Assembly: GCF_963853765.1 (NCBI RefSeq)
Contig: NC_088858.1
Location: 36,518,001 to 36,582,000 of the forward strand
Reading direction: 5' to 3'
Length of the DNA stretch: 64,000 bases
Origin: Magallana gigas
Taxonomy: Eukaryota
The first letter of the stretch is position 1, and every line of letters begins with the position of its first letter. A program made the translations under genes and the position numbers. The notes under the pieces were generated by a model. That model was not told the DNA's origin. It ran no database searches and saw only the letters and a program-made list of their open reading frames with translations. Shown piece after piece: positions 12,295 through 25,833 of this stretch.

Positions 12295-12427
12295 NNNNNN
12301 NNNNNNNNNNNNNNNNNNNNNNNNNNNNNNNNNNNNNNNNNNNNNNNNNNNNNNNNNNNNNNNNNNNNNNNNNNNNNNNNNNNNNNNNNNNNNNNNNNNN
12401 NNNNNNNNNNNNNNNNNNNNNNNNNNN
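12295..12427. other. Assembly gap (133 N)
   Basis: Run of N. Confidence 1.
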
Positions 12428-12864
12428 CATCATTTACAGTTGTTATAATGATCATTTATCTTTGGATTATTGTTAATTATTATTATTAATGATAAAAAGC
12501 CCACAAGGAAATAATTCTAATTTATATACAGTGACAGTGTATATATAAGTATTTGTGTATGTATATATGATCTTGTTTTTGTGAACCCATCGTGAATCCA
12601 TCATAATTAACCTGTGTAGAAACCGTTAAAACAATTAAAATACCTTGCTCGGATTAGGCGAACTCGACCTTTTTATGTTTTTTTTTTTTTTTTTGGGGGG
12701 GGGGGGGGGGTTATTTCTTTAAGCAGTGAGCTATTGAAATCTAACATATAACGGTTGTTTTCATCTATTTTTTGGATGAATGTACAAAAGGACAATTTGT
12801 ACATGTATTTACGACCCATTGAGCCCCATTGATTTCAGTGGTCTCCTTTTATTTCTTTTCCGAT

Positions 12865-13226
12865 CAGGCACGTAGCATCGTTTTTTAAAGTGGGGGGGCC
12901 AAACTCATCCAAAAAATCTTGACAAGCAAAAAAAAAAAAAGGTTACTTTCTTCCAAATCCTGACATTCCTTATCTGGGGAGGGGGGGGGGGCACAAACTT
13001 GTATACCTTTAACTTCAATTTGGCTCTTTATGTCCTTATTTTCAATTCAATTTTTACATGGCCCCATGAAAGGGAGGGGGGGGGGCAACTCCTTGTTAAT
13101 TTAATTTTTTGTATGTAAATTTAAAAAAAATATTTGCTGCGCAAAAAGTGGGGAATGGGGAGCCCCCCCCCCCCACACCCCCCACCCCCCGTGTCCCCCC
13201 CCCCCCCCCCCCCGATGCCGTGCCTG
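12865..13226 (+). mobile_element. MITE with CAGGCACGTAGCATCG TIRs, poly-G/C tracts and 5-bp TSD
   Basis: 5' end CAGGCACGTAGCATCG, 3' end CGATGCCGTGCCTG, TSD CCGAT at 12860-12864 and 13227-13231. Partial copies at ~46800-46965 (3' end) and ~52258-52675 (5' part). Confidence 0.8.
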
Positions 13227-15529
13227 CCGATTGATTATACAATATAGATATATTACTTCGTTACATTACAAAATTTTGAAGGAATGTGACGTTTATGATA
13301 CATATATTCAACAAAAGGATTATTATGACTGTTATACAATTATTAACGAGTTGATTATTACAGAACATTCCTCTGATGATGAATAACACTTTGATACGCA
13401 GAACAAGGCACGCGCGGATCTAGATAGAAAGTATCTGTGACTTATCAAAATGTATAATATACAAATCACCACGAGAAAAAAATACAAGAGCCGATATCGA
13501 TTAGTCAGTGTATATGGGAGAGCTTAAAATAATGATGCAGTGTGCTCGTGAAAAACGCAGCAATTAGGGACATTGTATGAACACTCATTGCATTAATTTG
13601 TTTCCACTAGGTAATAACTTTCTTTCATATCTACTGTATTATTAATCGAATTCGGTCAGAACTTAGATATGCATGTTTAAATTGTGTTATTGGGTATTTA
13701 TTATAAGTATCTCGTTTGACAATGTGTGCTCAAAATTTTAAACAAATGAAAGAAATCATGTAAGTCTCAACTGAAACTTTTTATTATTTTATGTCTAATA
13801 ATAACAGCACTAACGAGGATAACAAATTTTTCATATAGTGCATCAACTGGTTGCTGTGTCAACTACTCTTTGATATCAACACATTATCCTGCACGACTTA
13901 CACTGCCTGAATAAATTCGATTATTTCTTAAAGAACAACACTTTTTAAAGTTTTTTTTACTTTCATAATCAAATAATTTACTGTTAACTTGAGTGACTTT
14001 TTCCAGGTGTGTTATTCCGTCTCAACTCAATATAGTGCTAATATTAACATCATTCATCTCCAAAAGTATATATAATATATAGAATATTCCAGTTTGCTCA
14101 CTAGGAAATTAACAAAAATTTAACACGATTATATTCTGCAGATTTTCTCATGCAATAAAAAAACTTTAAAACAAATTTGAAATTTCAAAATACATGTACC
14201 AAAGAGTGCGAATTGCTATCTATTTGAATGAACTTGTTTTTGTGCTAGCAATGGGTTAAAATGCGCGACTCTGTAAGTGATTCGAGGGAAGTTAATTCTT
14301 TAAACAAAGAAAACGGCCCGCGGCTTGTACAGATAGACGTTTAATAGGAAACAGGGTTATTTTCGGCCCGTGTTATTGACGTCCTCCTACAGTAGAAGAC
14401 GTCTCAATTCCGTCTTGAATTTATCCCAATTCAATTGAGTTTAAAGGGAAGATAATTTGATACAGTGAAATATGTCCAATCTTAAATTCTCCTGCTGACG
14501 AGGGAAAAACAGCGAAAATAAAACGGTGGCAAATATTTCCCTGCATACAATATCATTTTTTTGTACAATGTTAATATTTGGTAACAACTGAAAATATTTA
14601 TTTTGTCATAACACTTCAAGACACCAGGAATCAAAGAAACTTCAATAGAAACATTTATTTAGAACTGCTCGAAGTATAAATGGTACGTGTTCAAAATATA
14701 TTTTGACTGTCGACAATATAAATTTCCAACTGAAAGGCGACAATGTTTAAAACAGAAGAAACAAGTGAAAGTTTGGCATGTCCAGAGGAAACAAACACAG
14801 AATATCGCTGCATATCAACCTAATTAAATCGCAGTCTTCAAAAACAGAAATATTGTTTTGGATAATACATGACAAGTTCAGACTTCTAATAAATTTCGCT
14901 CCCCAATGTTTGATTAGAAACGTAAGAGATGCAGGAGATGAAAAGGGCAGACACAAAGCTGGGTCTGACAATATGGATTAAATGGCTTTCTTGCGTGTTG
15001 TAATAGAACGGTTCACTTTACACAAATTGCACTGATTTTAAGAAAGTAGTTGATAACGTAGTCAGAGATGTGTTAAGGAAGAGGATGGACCACAAGGATT
15101 ATTACGGAAACCAGGCAAAATGAACATCAATCACAAAAAATCACTAAGCTACCAAGTAAGGCATGCAAGATTTGTACATAGAGAGTTCGTAAATCAAATT
15201 TTGAAATACACATGTACAGGGCATTGGCTCTATGACTTCTATGGAGACTACAAGAGGAGAAAAGAGGAAGGGGAGGAGAAAATAGAGGAGAAAATAGAAA
15301 CACAAAGCGAAAGAATGTTTTGTCTAACTGGGTTTAAAGGAAAGAGAAGACAGATAACAGATCTGTATTTTCAAATTGCGTTTAAAAGAGTCTAAGCTGT
15401 CAAAAAATGAAACTTTCAAAAAAGAAATATCACCAACAGACATATATACTTGTATGAAGACAAAATATACACACTAGATATACACTTCGGCATTTCAGGT
15501 GTTATCACTTTTTTCCCTTGAAACATTTG

Positions 15530-16991
15530 TCAGTGTAGATTGCTACAGGTACATTTGAATAGAACATACTGGCTGACGCTTCCCAACACTGTCCGTCTGA
15601 TGACGCCCATTCCCCTGGTGCCAGTGACCACGAGGCATGCGTCGACCTCGGAGGCTCTTTTCACAATTTCCTCTCCAGCATCACCATATAATATGTTAAA
15701 TTCTCCGCTTATCTTCAAAAGAATTAAATGTGATCCCAAATGTCACATTTTTAAGTTATATTTTTAAAGAATCATACTTGCGTACTCCTAAATGCTGGCA
15801 ACTACCTTTCTTTTATGGACAAAAATGACAGCAAATGTTTGGCAGAGAAGTACAAAGCCGACTTTTTTTTTAATCTTTTGTGAAATTGATAAGTGAAATT
15901 TTTTTTCAAAACTAGACTTTTTTACGATTAACAACATTATTGAATACATTTTATGCATCAGCTAAAAATTGCTTCAATCTACTAAATGATACATGTAGAA
16001 GAATATACCCATAATGATTGAAATAGTTTTTTGAACAAATATTTTTGCACAAATTATGAATTTTGGTGAACGATTTTATTCTTTTGTTAAGCTCAGCACA
16101 TGTCTTGTTTTTATTTACCAAATTATTAGATTCTTACTTTATTGTCTTTTAAAAAGGTCTCCATTTCAGCAGAGAGCGTCTTTGCTTTGTCTTCTTTCTC
16201 ATTGTGGACCAAAACAAAGAAGTGTTGATCTCCGGGTACTACAGGGTCTGTATTGTTGTTTTAAAAAATAGATCAAAAGTGATTACCATGTAAGATTTCA
16301 TGCAGATGTATTTACAGAGCAGATTATGAAAAGATTCGTGAATAAGTTATGTATACTGTATTGTTTGATTCATACCAAACAGAGAAAAATGAGAACAATC
16401 AGTTGAAGTACTTGACCTCTGTAACATCATAAATAAAGTTATATTTGAATAGATTTTGCAGATGCTCATGTCATGCTTTTAGCAATAGCATGCAATTTTA
16501 TAAAAAGGTACATGTATAGTATAAAATGGACTTGATAATCTGCAAACTTTGAAGTTGCCTTTAGTTTAATTCATTTGTATTATAACGTCATGATAAGACA
16601 GAGTACAGTAGCAGTTATGAAATTCTAAATATTCTCATGCGACAAAACCACGATGTTAAACATCTAGAGGATCGTTACCGTCGGCTTTACATTGATTTAA
16701 ATACGTTAGAACTTGACGTTAGCTTGTCATTGCTAAAAAATTTATGCAGTTTATTTATAGAGAGGAACTTTAACTCACCTTTGTTTTCAAACCCGTACCG
16801 ACTGTCAACGACGTGTGCTATGTATAGTCTGTTGTCGTCTCTGTGAAGGTTCTGTAGGTACCCTGTGTGAAATAGGTCGTGAAGTTTGTTTGCACCACTT
16901 TGAAAGAAAATAAACGAGAGCTTTGCATAGACTTACATTCCAAAGCGTCCTTGGCGATTTTGCTGCCATCATATGCCAGGAGAACTTTCAT
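15530..16991 (-). CDS. Universal stress protein paralog B; last exon apparently frameshifted near 15559 (143 aa as read; possible pseudogene, allele or assembly error)
   Basis: Exons 16991-16937 (MKVLLAYDGSKIAKDALE), 16862-16779, 16247-16138, 15712-15530. The frame reads GSVSQYVLFKCTCSNLH*, while a shifted frame gives the USP-like SNVPVAIYTDKCFKGKK* ending at 15505. Confidence 0.85.
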
Positions 16992-17984
16992 TTTAGTCGT
17001 GGAAGCAGTCAGTCGATACCTTAGATTGTCATTCGTTATACGCAAATATACAACCTTTTTACACACTGATGTGTACTGATTTTTTTTCTGCGTAATGATT
17101 TTATGTTGCGTTTCACAAATGTATTAAAGTTAAATGACCTAGCCGTGAAAGCTCGTGAGTCCTCCTCATTATTTCTATCTACTTACGATAACCCTTTGAG
17201 GTTCAGAAACTCAAACTATAACAACGATCATAGCATGACGATGAAGAGCAAATCTGACCAGACAAATCAAATTCATTTTCTGTTTTGATCTGTCAAGTGT
17301 ATTTTGGTATTGTCAAAGTCGATGATCATATAATTATATTGAAATGAAAATAACTCTATAAATGTAACCTGAAGATTCATTGCATGCATCTAAAACATTA
17401 ATCTAGAATATGATTTAAAATACCATTGTTTTTCATAGATAATTGGGAATATAATAAAACAAGCATACAGTTCAGTTTATCAAGAGACCCAACCGTTGTC
17501 TGCCAGCAAATACGGTTGAACAGTGAGGACTTTAGCAGTGATATCGTATTAGGGGTCAGTTGAACTTGTTCCTAATAGTGATAACTAAATTTGATGTCTG
17601 TTATACGTCCATTTCTACTATCTTTTTCCTGCATGACCATGTATGTATTCTTCTGACGAATTTTATTCATGTTAATCTTGTATATATGTTTCCCTTGTAC
17701 CAAAAATTGATTTGAGAGAATAAACTGAACATGAATTATTATTTTTATTGTTTTGAGATGTAAAACTCAGAGCAAAGCATATGTTTCTAGGAAAGACCAC
17801 AATAAAATTGTAGTTGACAATTCAATTAAGAATCAAAGTATTAACAATTATTAGTATATTCAAGTATATTCTTTATTTATTTAAGGAACAAAAAACAACA
17901 GTTTCAAATTACTTGTATATCACCAAAGAAAAAATATAATAAATATTTTCTTTATTTATTTTAAAGTATGGAGGTTCATGCAAA

Positions 17985-19699
17985 CTACTGATGTTGGCAA
18001 ACAATAACTGGGACGTTGGAATGATGGATGACGTAATCACTGACACTTCCTAAAACAGTACGCCTGATGGTTCCTAGGCCACGACTTCCGGTCAAAACTA
18101 AGTCGGCCTCAACGTCGTGAGCTTTTTTAACGATTTGATGTCCAGGATGACCGAACACTCGCACAACCTCACCATCAACCTAGCAACAAGTAAAAATCTC
18201 TTTAGAAACGATAGTGTCTTGAACATTTCAAAATGTCAACTTTTTTCATTGTTCTATTGACATTTAGCAACAGAGCGATAAATATTTATTTTACTTGCCT
18301 GATTTTTGCTGATAAAGTCATTCATTTCATCCATTATTGCTTTGGCTTTATGCTCCTCTTCCTGGTATGCTAATTGAATTAATTCGGGATCACCTGGTAT
18401 TATTGACGCTACGAAAGAGGTAATTTGAGCACATTTTATTGCAAACTTTTACAAAATGGGATTGTGCACGAGTTCTGAAAACCTAATTCGCCCTGTGCCA
18501 GGTTCAAAAGAGGTACAAATGATTAAAATAATTTTTTTGATATCGATAATCAACAAATAGCTTTTATTACATAAATAACAAATTTCTCTGTTATATGTAA
18601 TTGACTGAAAATCATTATTGTCTTCACAAACGAACAATAAACGCCAAAACATGTTCAGATTTGATACTAGTAAGGTTTTAATTCAACTTCCTCCTCTTAT
18701 TCAACTTTTCAAATATAAAGGTCTTCTAATATAAAAATCAACAAGATATGTTATTCCATTATTAGAATTATCACACACAAAAATTCTAACACTTCTTTCC
18801 AAATTCTTTGATTGATGTTACAAAGAAATGATACTTTTTACAGACTTTCCAAATTTAACAAAATTAATGCAATTCTGTCACCCCCCCCCCCCAACATAAT
18901 AACAAAATTTTTTTTGAAAAATTTAGTTGGATTTATACAATAATTGGTTAAAACGTAGTTAAAAATTTCTCCTAATTTTACCCGAACTATCAGATTATTT
19001 GTAATGGGAACCACAGAGAACAAAGTAAATGCTAGTGAGCTAGCAAACAACAAATAAGAATTTAGTAGCCACCGAATAACTTGTGTACTTTAGTACAGTA
19101 TTTGATAAAATTGAATTTGATGTTGATTTGTCCTGCGTATCACCGTGGTGCAGCAAACAGTGATAACCTTTAACTACAGAATTGATAATGTTATACAAAG
19201 CAATAGATAAAATGCTACAAATAAAACGCAGATTAAACTTTTTATTTTCAGGTCATTTTTCTTTCAAATTTCAAATACGTCAATTAAGGTCATTCTCCCA
19301 AAACAGATACTAAGTATGTTTTAAGTTAGAATGAACTGTACTTGCTGTTGTAGGCAAAGTTATGAAGATGATCCGTGACATGGACTAATATCACTTTGTT
19401 GTCTGTCTTGTGTATATTTTTCAAGTACCCTAGAAAAAGGAAAGATATTCGATATCTGTAAACATAGTTGAAGAATGTTTACACGATTATATGTCAATGT
19501 TTATGGTTCACATCTTATAATTTTACTTTCAAAAACAAGTATGAAGAATATTCATCTATATATAAAGAAAAGCCTTTTATGAACTATTTATTTTTTTACA
19601 AATTTAATTAAGTAAATAAATAACTGAGTTTCAATTATACTCACATTGCAAAGCTTCCTTAGAAAACTTGCTTCCGTCGATGGCTATAACAACCTTCAT
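17985..19699 (-). CDS. Universal stress protein paralog C, 147 aa
   Basis: Exons 19699-19645 (MKVVIAIDGSKFSKEALQ), 19429-19346, 18408-18299, 18179-17985 (VDGEVV...GSRGLGTIRRTVLGSVSDYVIHHSNVPVIVCQHQ*). Introns 2 and 3 start with GCAAGT. Exon lengths 55/84/110 match paralog B. Not found by the ORF track. Confidence 0.88.
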
Positions 19700-22600
19700 A
19701 TTTTTAAAAAATAAATTGAAGACGGAGCCCCTAACACAACGTGGTGATGAGTACGTTACCTCTTATCTTAGCTGACACAATACAAACAAGGTATAAAACT
19801 ATGTCCAATAAAATATGTCTCATGATATCTAAATTCATATCTTTGATCAATGGTATTGTTAAATAATATATATGTATTTTGAATAAATGTGCTATATATT
19901 GTAACTTTAATGTTAATTGGCATTTCAATTCGAGTGCATTTCTAATGTGTTTTAAGTAAATGTATTAGTCATATGAAGATTGTTGTCTCAGAGGCTAATT
20001 CAAATTACCAACAAAACTAATCATGACAGAGGGAAAAGGAGAGTTTAAAGTTTTGCAGTATTAAAATTTGATTCCTCCAGATGTTGCTACTTATTGTATT
20101 TTCTATTGATATGTGTGTACAAAAAAAGCCATGTTCAAAAACTCAATTCAAAATAGATAACTTTAAATAAAAAATAGCACATCGTTTCATTGGGAGGGGT
20201 TATTTCTCTTAGTTTTACAAATGTGTGGTCACAAAATGATTATGGATGTTTATTTGGAAAATGCAAGCAATTCTCGTTGATGAATGTACAAAATTAGACT
20301 AATTTTGGTGTAAAGAGAGAATAAATGAATGATGATCACAAGTAAATGTTTTCTTCACATATGCAAAATTCAAAATATAAGTTGATAGTATCTTTAAAAC
20401 ATTTGTTGTAAACAATATTTATCTGTGTGCTGATATCTTTTGAAAGATCATAAGATATGTGTACAGGGATCAAGAAAAATCCTTTTTGTTTTCTTCTTTT
20501 TTTTTTTTTTATAAATAAAGTATGAATGTTATAGATGTTTTTATGGACCCTTACTGAAATAAAAAGGTAAATGAACTCCATTGCATATAATTTTGCAACT
20601 TCTTTACGCTGATACCCAAATAAAATTAAATTGAATTCTCTTTATAATTTTATATAAAATTATTTTTGTTGTAAGACATTCACTTGAAAACATTTTGTGT
20701 AATTTCTTAGTCCTTTAAGGGCCCGATACCTTGATTCTCACGATTAAGGTGAGAGAAAAAACGAATCTAACCTGCCAGCGAAGAAATTTGCAGTCAAACT
20801 TGTATGCAGCAAATGACGAGGAATTAAATTATCAAGGGTTGTATGGAATTGAGTTATTAAATGCAAGCATTTCATAACAGTATTTATAAAAAAATAAGTG
20901 TTACCACTGTTGTGTAAACACACCACAAGAACATTATGTGATTGATTTTTTTTTTACAATTTCAACATTATTGATTTATATTTTCTTTGGTTGTCACCAG
21001 TGGAACTATAAACAACACTTTTTATTTCTGTTAATATGTACCAGCTGTAGCTTTACAAGATATGAATCAATCCGTGCTTTTCCCCCTTAATTCTTGCTTG
21101 CAATGTATACAATGAATATAAATCGCTACCACAGATGGTGTAAGTCATGAGTCTTCCTTAAAAGATATAGACAAAATATATCCTTGTGTGATTTATTTTC
21201 AATTTTGGATTTTGTAAGATTTAAATATTTTCCCATTGCTCTATTGTCAACCTTGCATAACGTGAACAAAGTTTTATAGAGCAAGGAAATAATAAAAAAA
21301 AATTGAAGCAACGGGCCAATGTGGTTAATTCTGTGTTTCAATACCCTTTAATCTTTAATTTATGAATACAGTAATTCATGGTTTTGATATGGAAGATACT
21401 GATTATATTCATATTTTACTTATTGTTCAGTGTCAGAAATCATATTTTTTGTTTTCCAAGCATCGCTAAGGTATTTAGAAAACTATAGCTATCTGTGGTT
21501 GCATGCATGTTGCTGTCTATTGCTAGTCAGTTGTAGTAAGTTTATCAAACTAGGAACAAATTTAACCTATTAATTCAGTGTTCAATGGAAAGCAAAAATC
21601 GGAGAAATCTAACCCCATTTTAATGGAGGTTGCATTTGGAAAAAAGATCGTAATTAAAGCAATTATAAAAATCATTTTCATATTCTTATCATTCAGCAGA
21701 AAAAGTAAGTACATCAGATGTGAATTTTAGAGACTGTCCCCCTCTAGACATGTCAGTAAATATCCAAATTTTACATGAAAAACAATTCAATTTTTTCTTT
21801 TACCAAAGAAAACAAGCCTCCACTTTTTTCTGGTTTATTATGCTAAATAAAATATAAAATTTTAAAAATTATCTGAAATAAAAATATTTTCCCACTGTAA
21901 ATTGTTTATGTGAAAAATTATAAATTGCAAATTATAAAAAGAAAAGTAAATGGTAATAAGAAACAATGATTCTTAAACTTATGACATCTATTGCACAGAC
22001 TATGGTGTTAAATGTAACAAAAGATAATGTATTTTTATGCAATCTAAAAACTATCAATATTGGATCATCCTGTGCCTGTGTAATTCATTGAATAATATCA
22101 TTGTACATGTAACTTGCAGTGTTATGTACGTAGAATATTCAAAGTTCTTGGTATTATCATAAACCCTGATAAAGAATTAATTCTTTAAACAAGTGCTATT
22201 AAATGGCAAAATCATATTTAATTGTTATGCACATAACTTTCCAGTTTAATGTCACGTATTTTTTTAGTTTCAGAACAAAAGAGACTACTTTGAAAAGTTG
22301 ATTTTTTTAATGTTTATTTCTTTGAATTTTTTTCGGGTCGACTATTTGATATAATTTTTTGTAAATGTATGAATGTCTATGTGAAAAATATATATTGCAA
22401 AACATAAAAAAAGTAAATGGTTATAAGGAGCAAAAAATCTATTGGGCTCTGGAGTTAACACAGGGTTCTAATAGCATGTATTGAAAAAGTATTTTAAAGT
22501 TTAAAATGTATAGTTTTACTGCACCTTGAAGTAGTAACTCATATCTGCAGAAAATTAGGTAATAAATAGTTGATAGCATGATGCATTAGAGGTATTCATG

Positions 22601-23149
22601 TCAAGTAGGCAAAAATATGCAATTTTATGAGAAAGTATGGTTCTTAACAATTCAACGAACCCATTATATGCTATTCACAAGCCGATACTTTTACCACTGG
22701 GCTACGATGATAAAAACCACATCGATTAGTACAAACACTTTAACAATACATTTCTTTGTTATTCAAATGATAAGTTTCAATAGATTTTTTAAAATCTAAA
22801 ACTATCAATATTCATAGATCAACCTGTGTCTGTGTAATCGATTGAATAAAATGATCACAACTTGCAGTGTTATGTAAGTAGAATGTTGAAAGTTCTTAGT
22901 ATTTTTTGCTTTCAAGATATATTATAAAACCCTGATAAAAAATTAATTTTCTAAACAAATGCAAAATAAATGGCAAAAAGATATCTAATTGTTATGTACA
23001 TAAATTTCCAAATGGAAGTCACGTATGTTTTTAAATTCAGAACAAAATAGACTATTTCGAAAAGCTGAATTTTTAATGTTTGATATTTCTTTGAATTTTT
23101 TAGGCTTTGTTCTTTCAGATCATCAATGTAGGTGAAACATCTTAAATAC

Positions 23150-23680
23150 TGATTAGATCATACAGGATTAAAAAACCCACTTTAGATTAGCAACATATTG
23201 ATGTCTGTAGCAAAGACGAGCCACATTATAGACCTTTCACCAAGTGGTACAAAAAAAGGGCATCCCAACAATTTCTATGTGAACAACCTGTAGGCCAGCC
23301 GATCAATCCCCTGTGTTTACTTTGTACAAGGCTGTTTCTCATTGGATGTTATCTGTAAACTCAGTAATATGAATAATTAACAGGAGAAACACGTTCCATC
23401 AATAACCAACGCAGTGTTAGGAAGCAATCGTCCACAGTGTTCAAGCCTTTAGATACCTAATTGCAACTATAATCAGGAAAGTGATTCCACCAAGGCTAGC
23501 ATTTGCTCATGTTGTGGAAGTAAATATAATTTGTTTATTAAATATTCAAAGGGCAAGTGGTCCTTTTCATCCTCCAGTCTTCCAGATTTTTCTTTTTTTT
23601 CTCTCTTTCTTTGTATACCATGATCGATATAAATCGATATTAGAACAAAACTTTTCAATAGGATTGTACTAAATGTGACC
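23150..23680 (-). pseudogene. Possible decayed DDE transposase fragment (Harbinger/ISL2EU-like)
   Basis: Broken frames give LPNTALVIDGT...ITSNEKQPCTK...RGLIGWPTG. This loosely recalls the FPNxxxIIDCT...TYSNYKHHNT...GLIGITP motifs; there are many stops. Confidence 0.25.
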
Positions 23681-25833
23681 TTCATCTATAATTAATATGA
23701 ATTAAATGTTTTACGTTGTAAGAATTACCATCACGTTGGCGCCAAATCTATCAGTTATATGTAAGATGATGTTGCCTCCATGTGGAGTGTTTTCTGTGAT
23801 TTTTGTATTATTGTCCTTGGACACCCACCTTGATTGTACAAAAATTTTTATAATACGTATCAATTTCATTGGGATGGAATGGTACTGTTAAATGTAGGAG
23901 GCTTCAAGCCTTCACTTTTGTTTGGCATTCGACACTTACCGCTGACATTTCCACATCTTATGTAATGCATGCTTTTAGCAAATAGGCATATGCATAGCCA
24001 TATATATCCAATGTCTCTCTACATTTTTATCTTATTGCACAATTCTTGATAAAATGTATGAAAGACAGTTTAAATTTGTTGTAGACTATGACTATTTAAT
24101 CAAAAATTATACGGAGCATCTATCAATGTTAAAAATGTATGTTATAAAGTCATATTACACTTATATACTTATATTCTTCATGAATGTTTGACTCATACAT
24201 GTACTTGTAGAAAGTATTCCAATTAAGTAATACATTAATACACAGATACTTGAGATATATAAAATATTTAAGTACAAGTATGGTTTTTCAAAAAAAAACC
24301 ACCAATTTTGGTAAATTCTCTTTTGCTTAGTATACCTATGAATTAATGCTGTTCCAAGGAGTAAAACTATGATTTAGTGTTTTCCCAAACTATAAGCCCT
24401 ATGGGGAAACTGAAAAACAATATTAAGATGTATTGTTCCAATTTGATCGAGTTATCGTGACTTTCTCTGTTTGGCTTCTGTGAGAGATTCAGTCTGAATC
24501 GCTTTGTTAGTTATTAGAGTAAAAAGCTCATAAAGACGGAAAAGGAACGAACGAATGAACACGTACGGAGAGCAATTAATAAGTCAAGTTATCTTAATGA
24601 AATATTATCAATTATTCAATTATTACAACTCTTTTCATCTTCGCTGCCTAATACCGGTTTATTTGTTATTGTTTAGTAAATATCAAGCCAAATGCAGGAC
24701 TAACCCCTGTTTTTTCACACATCTCTCCAAATACATATATGGCTACAAATATACATGGTTACATCTCGTTGATATGCTATTATGATATCCCTATAGTGAC
24801 CTTGACAGAGAACTGCTGTTACAGTGTTTGCAAACACGATAACTTCCCATACTGTAAATAGATTGAGGCAGTATCTAAAGTGTGGTTTGTGTTTAAGACT
24901 AGAATGGAAATGTTTAATATGAGTGACTTCTTAAGCAAGTTTTTGATTTCCACACATCTAACTATGTACACAAAATTGAAAGATCAAAATAAAATTGGAC
25001 TAGTTAAGTTGATTTCTGAAGAAAAAAACCTGGAAATGTATCTATTTACACGTTACGAACGATTGACAGCACACGAAAACGTATATAGCATTAGATCATC
25101 GGAATTTCCTAATAATAAAATATATACCCTCAACTTAAAACTACACTAGGGTGTATTATTAGGTACAGGGTATATATAACGTCAGGTTTCTGTGGTCTAG
25201 TAATGACTCGGGGAACAAATAAAAATTTATAGAAAAGTTTATTAATTTATCTAAAATACAAAACATTATATTGTTGAATATATACAAAATATATATTGCA
25301 AAATTTATTTTGCGTATTTAAACAAGTTTTATAAGCAAAAAAAATATTTGCGTAAAATTTTACTTGAAAAATCGGTAATACAACATCAAAAAATCAAATT
25401 TGCATTTAGCAAATGTCGGGGTATTTATGTCCCGAGTTTGTAACTCATGCATGCATATGAAACTTGAACTAATCAAGCCTAGAGCTAAAGCTTTTAGTCC
25501 GGCAAACAAACATACAGAGACCGTAAAAAAAGCAAACGAACAAAGACTATAAACACTGACCGATTTCACAGATCTACAGTTCTATTTTCACGTTGAAATA
25601 ACTACATTATGCTTCATGAGATTGTGGAATGGTTATACGATCATTAAAATAAGTAAAATATCCCAAGCAAATCCCTCGGAAGTGCCTGGGGTTAATAAGT
25701 CTTACTATTGTTTCTATTCAGAAATCAACTCCTTTATGATTGAATTTTATTCTGCTTTATTGGTCAATCGGTGTTATTCCATCATCTTGTTGAGCTGCAT
25801 GGCTTCGTTCTTAGTTGCGTAGGAAGGATGAAC

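Noticed and set aside
23400-23445. Plus-strand VLGS motif as a fifth USP remnant
   Set aside because: The flanking residues do not match the USP motif, and the strand is opposite to the array.
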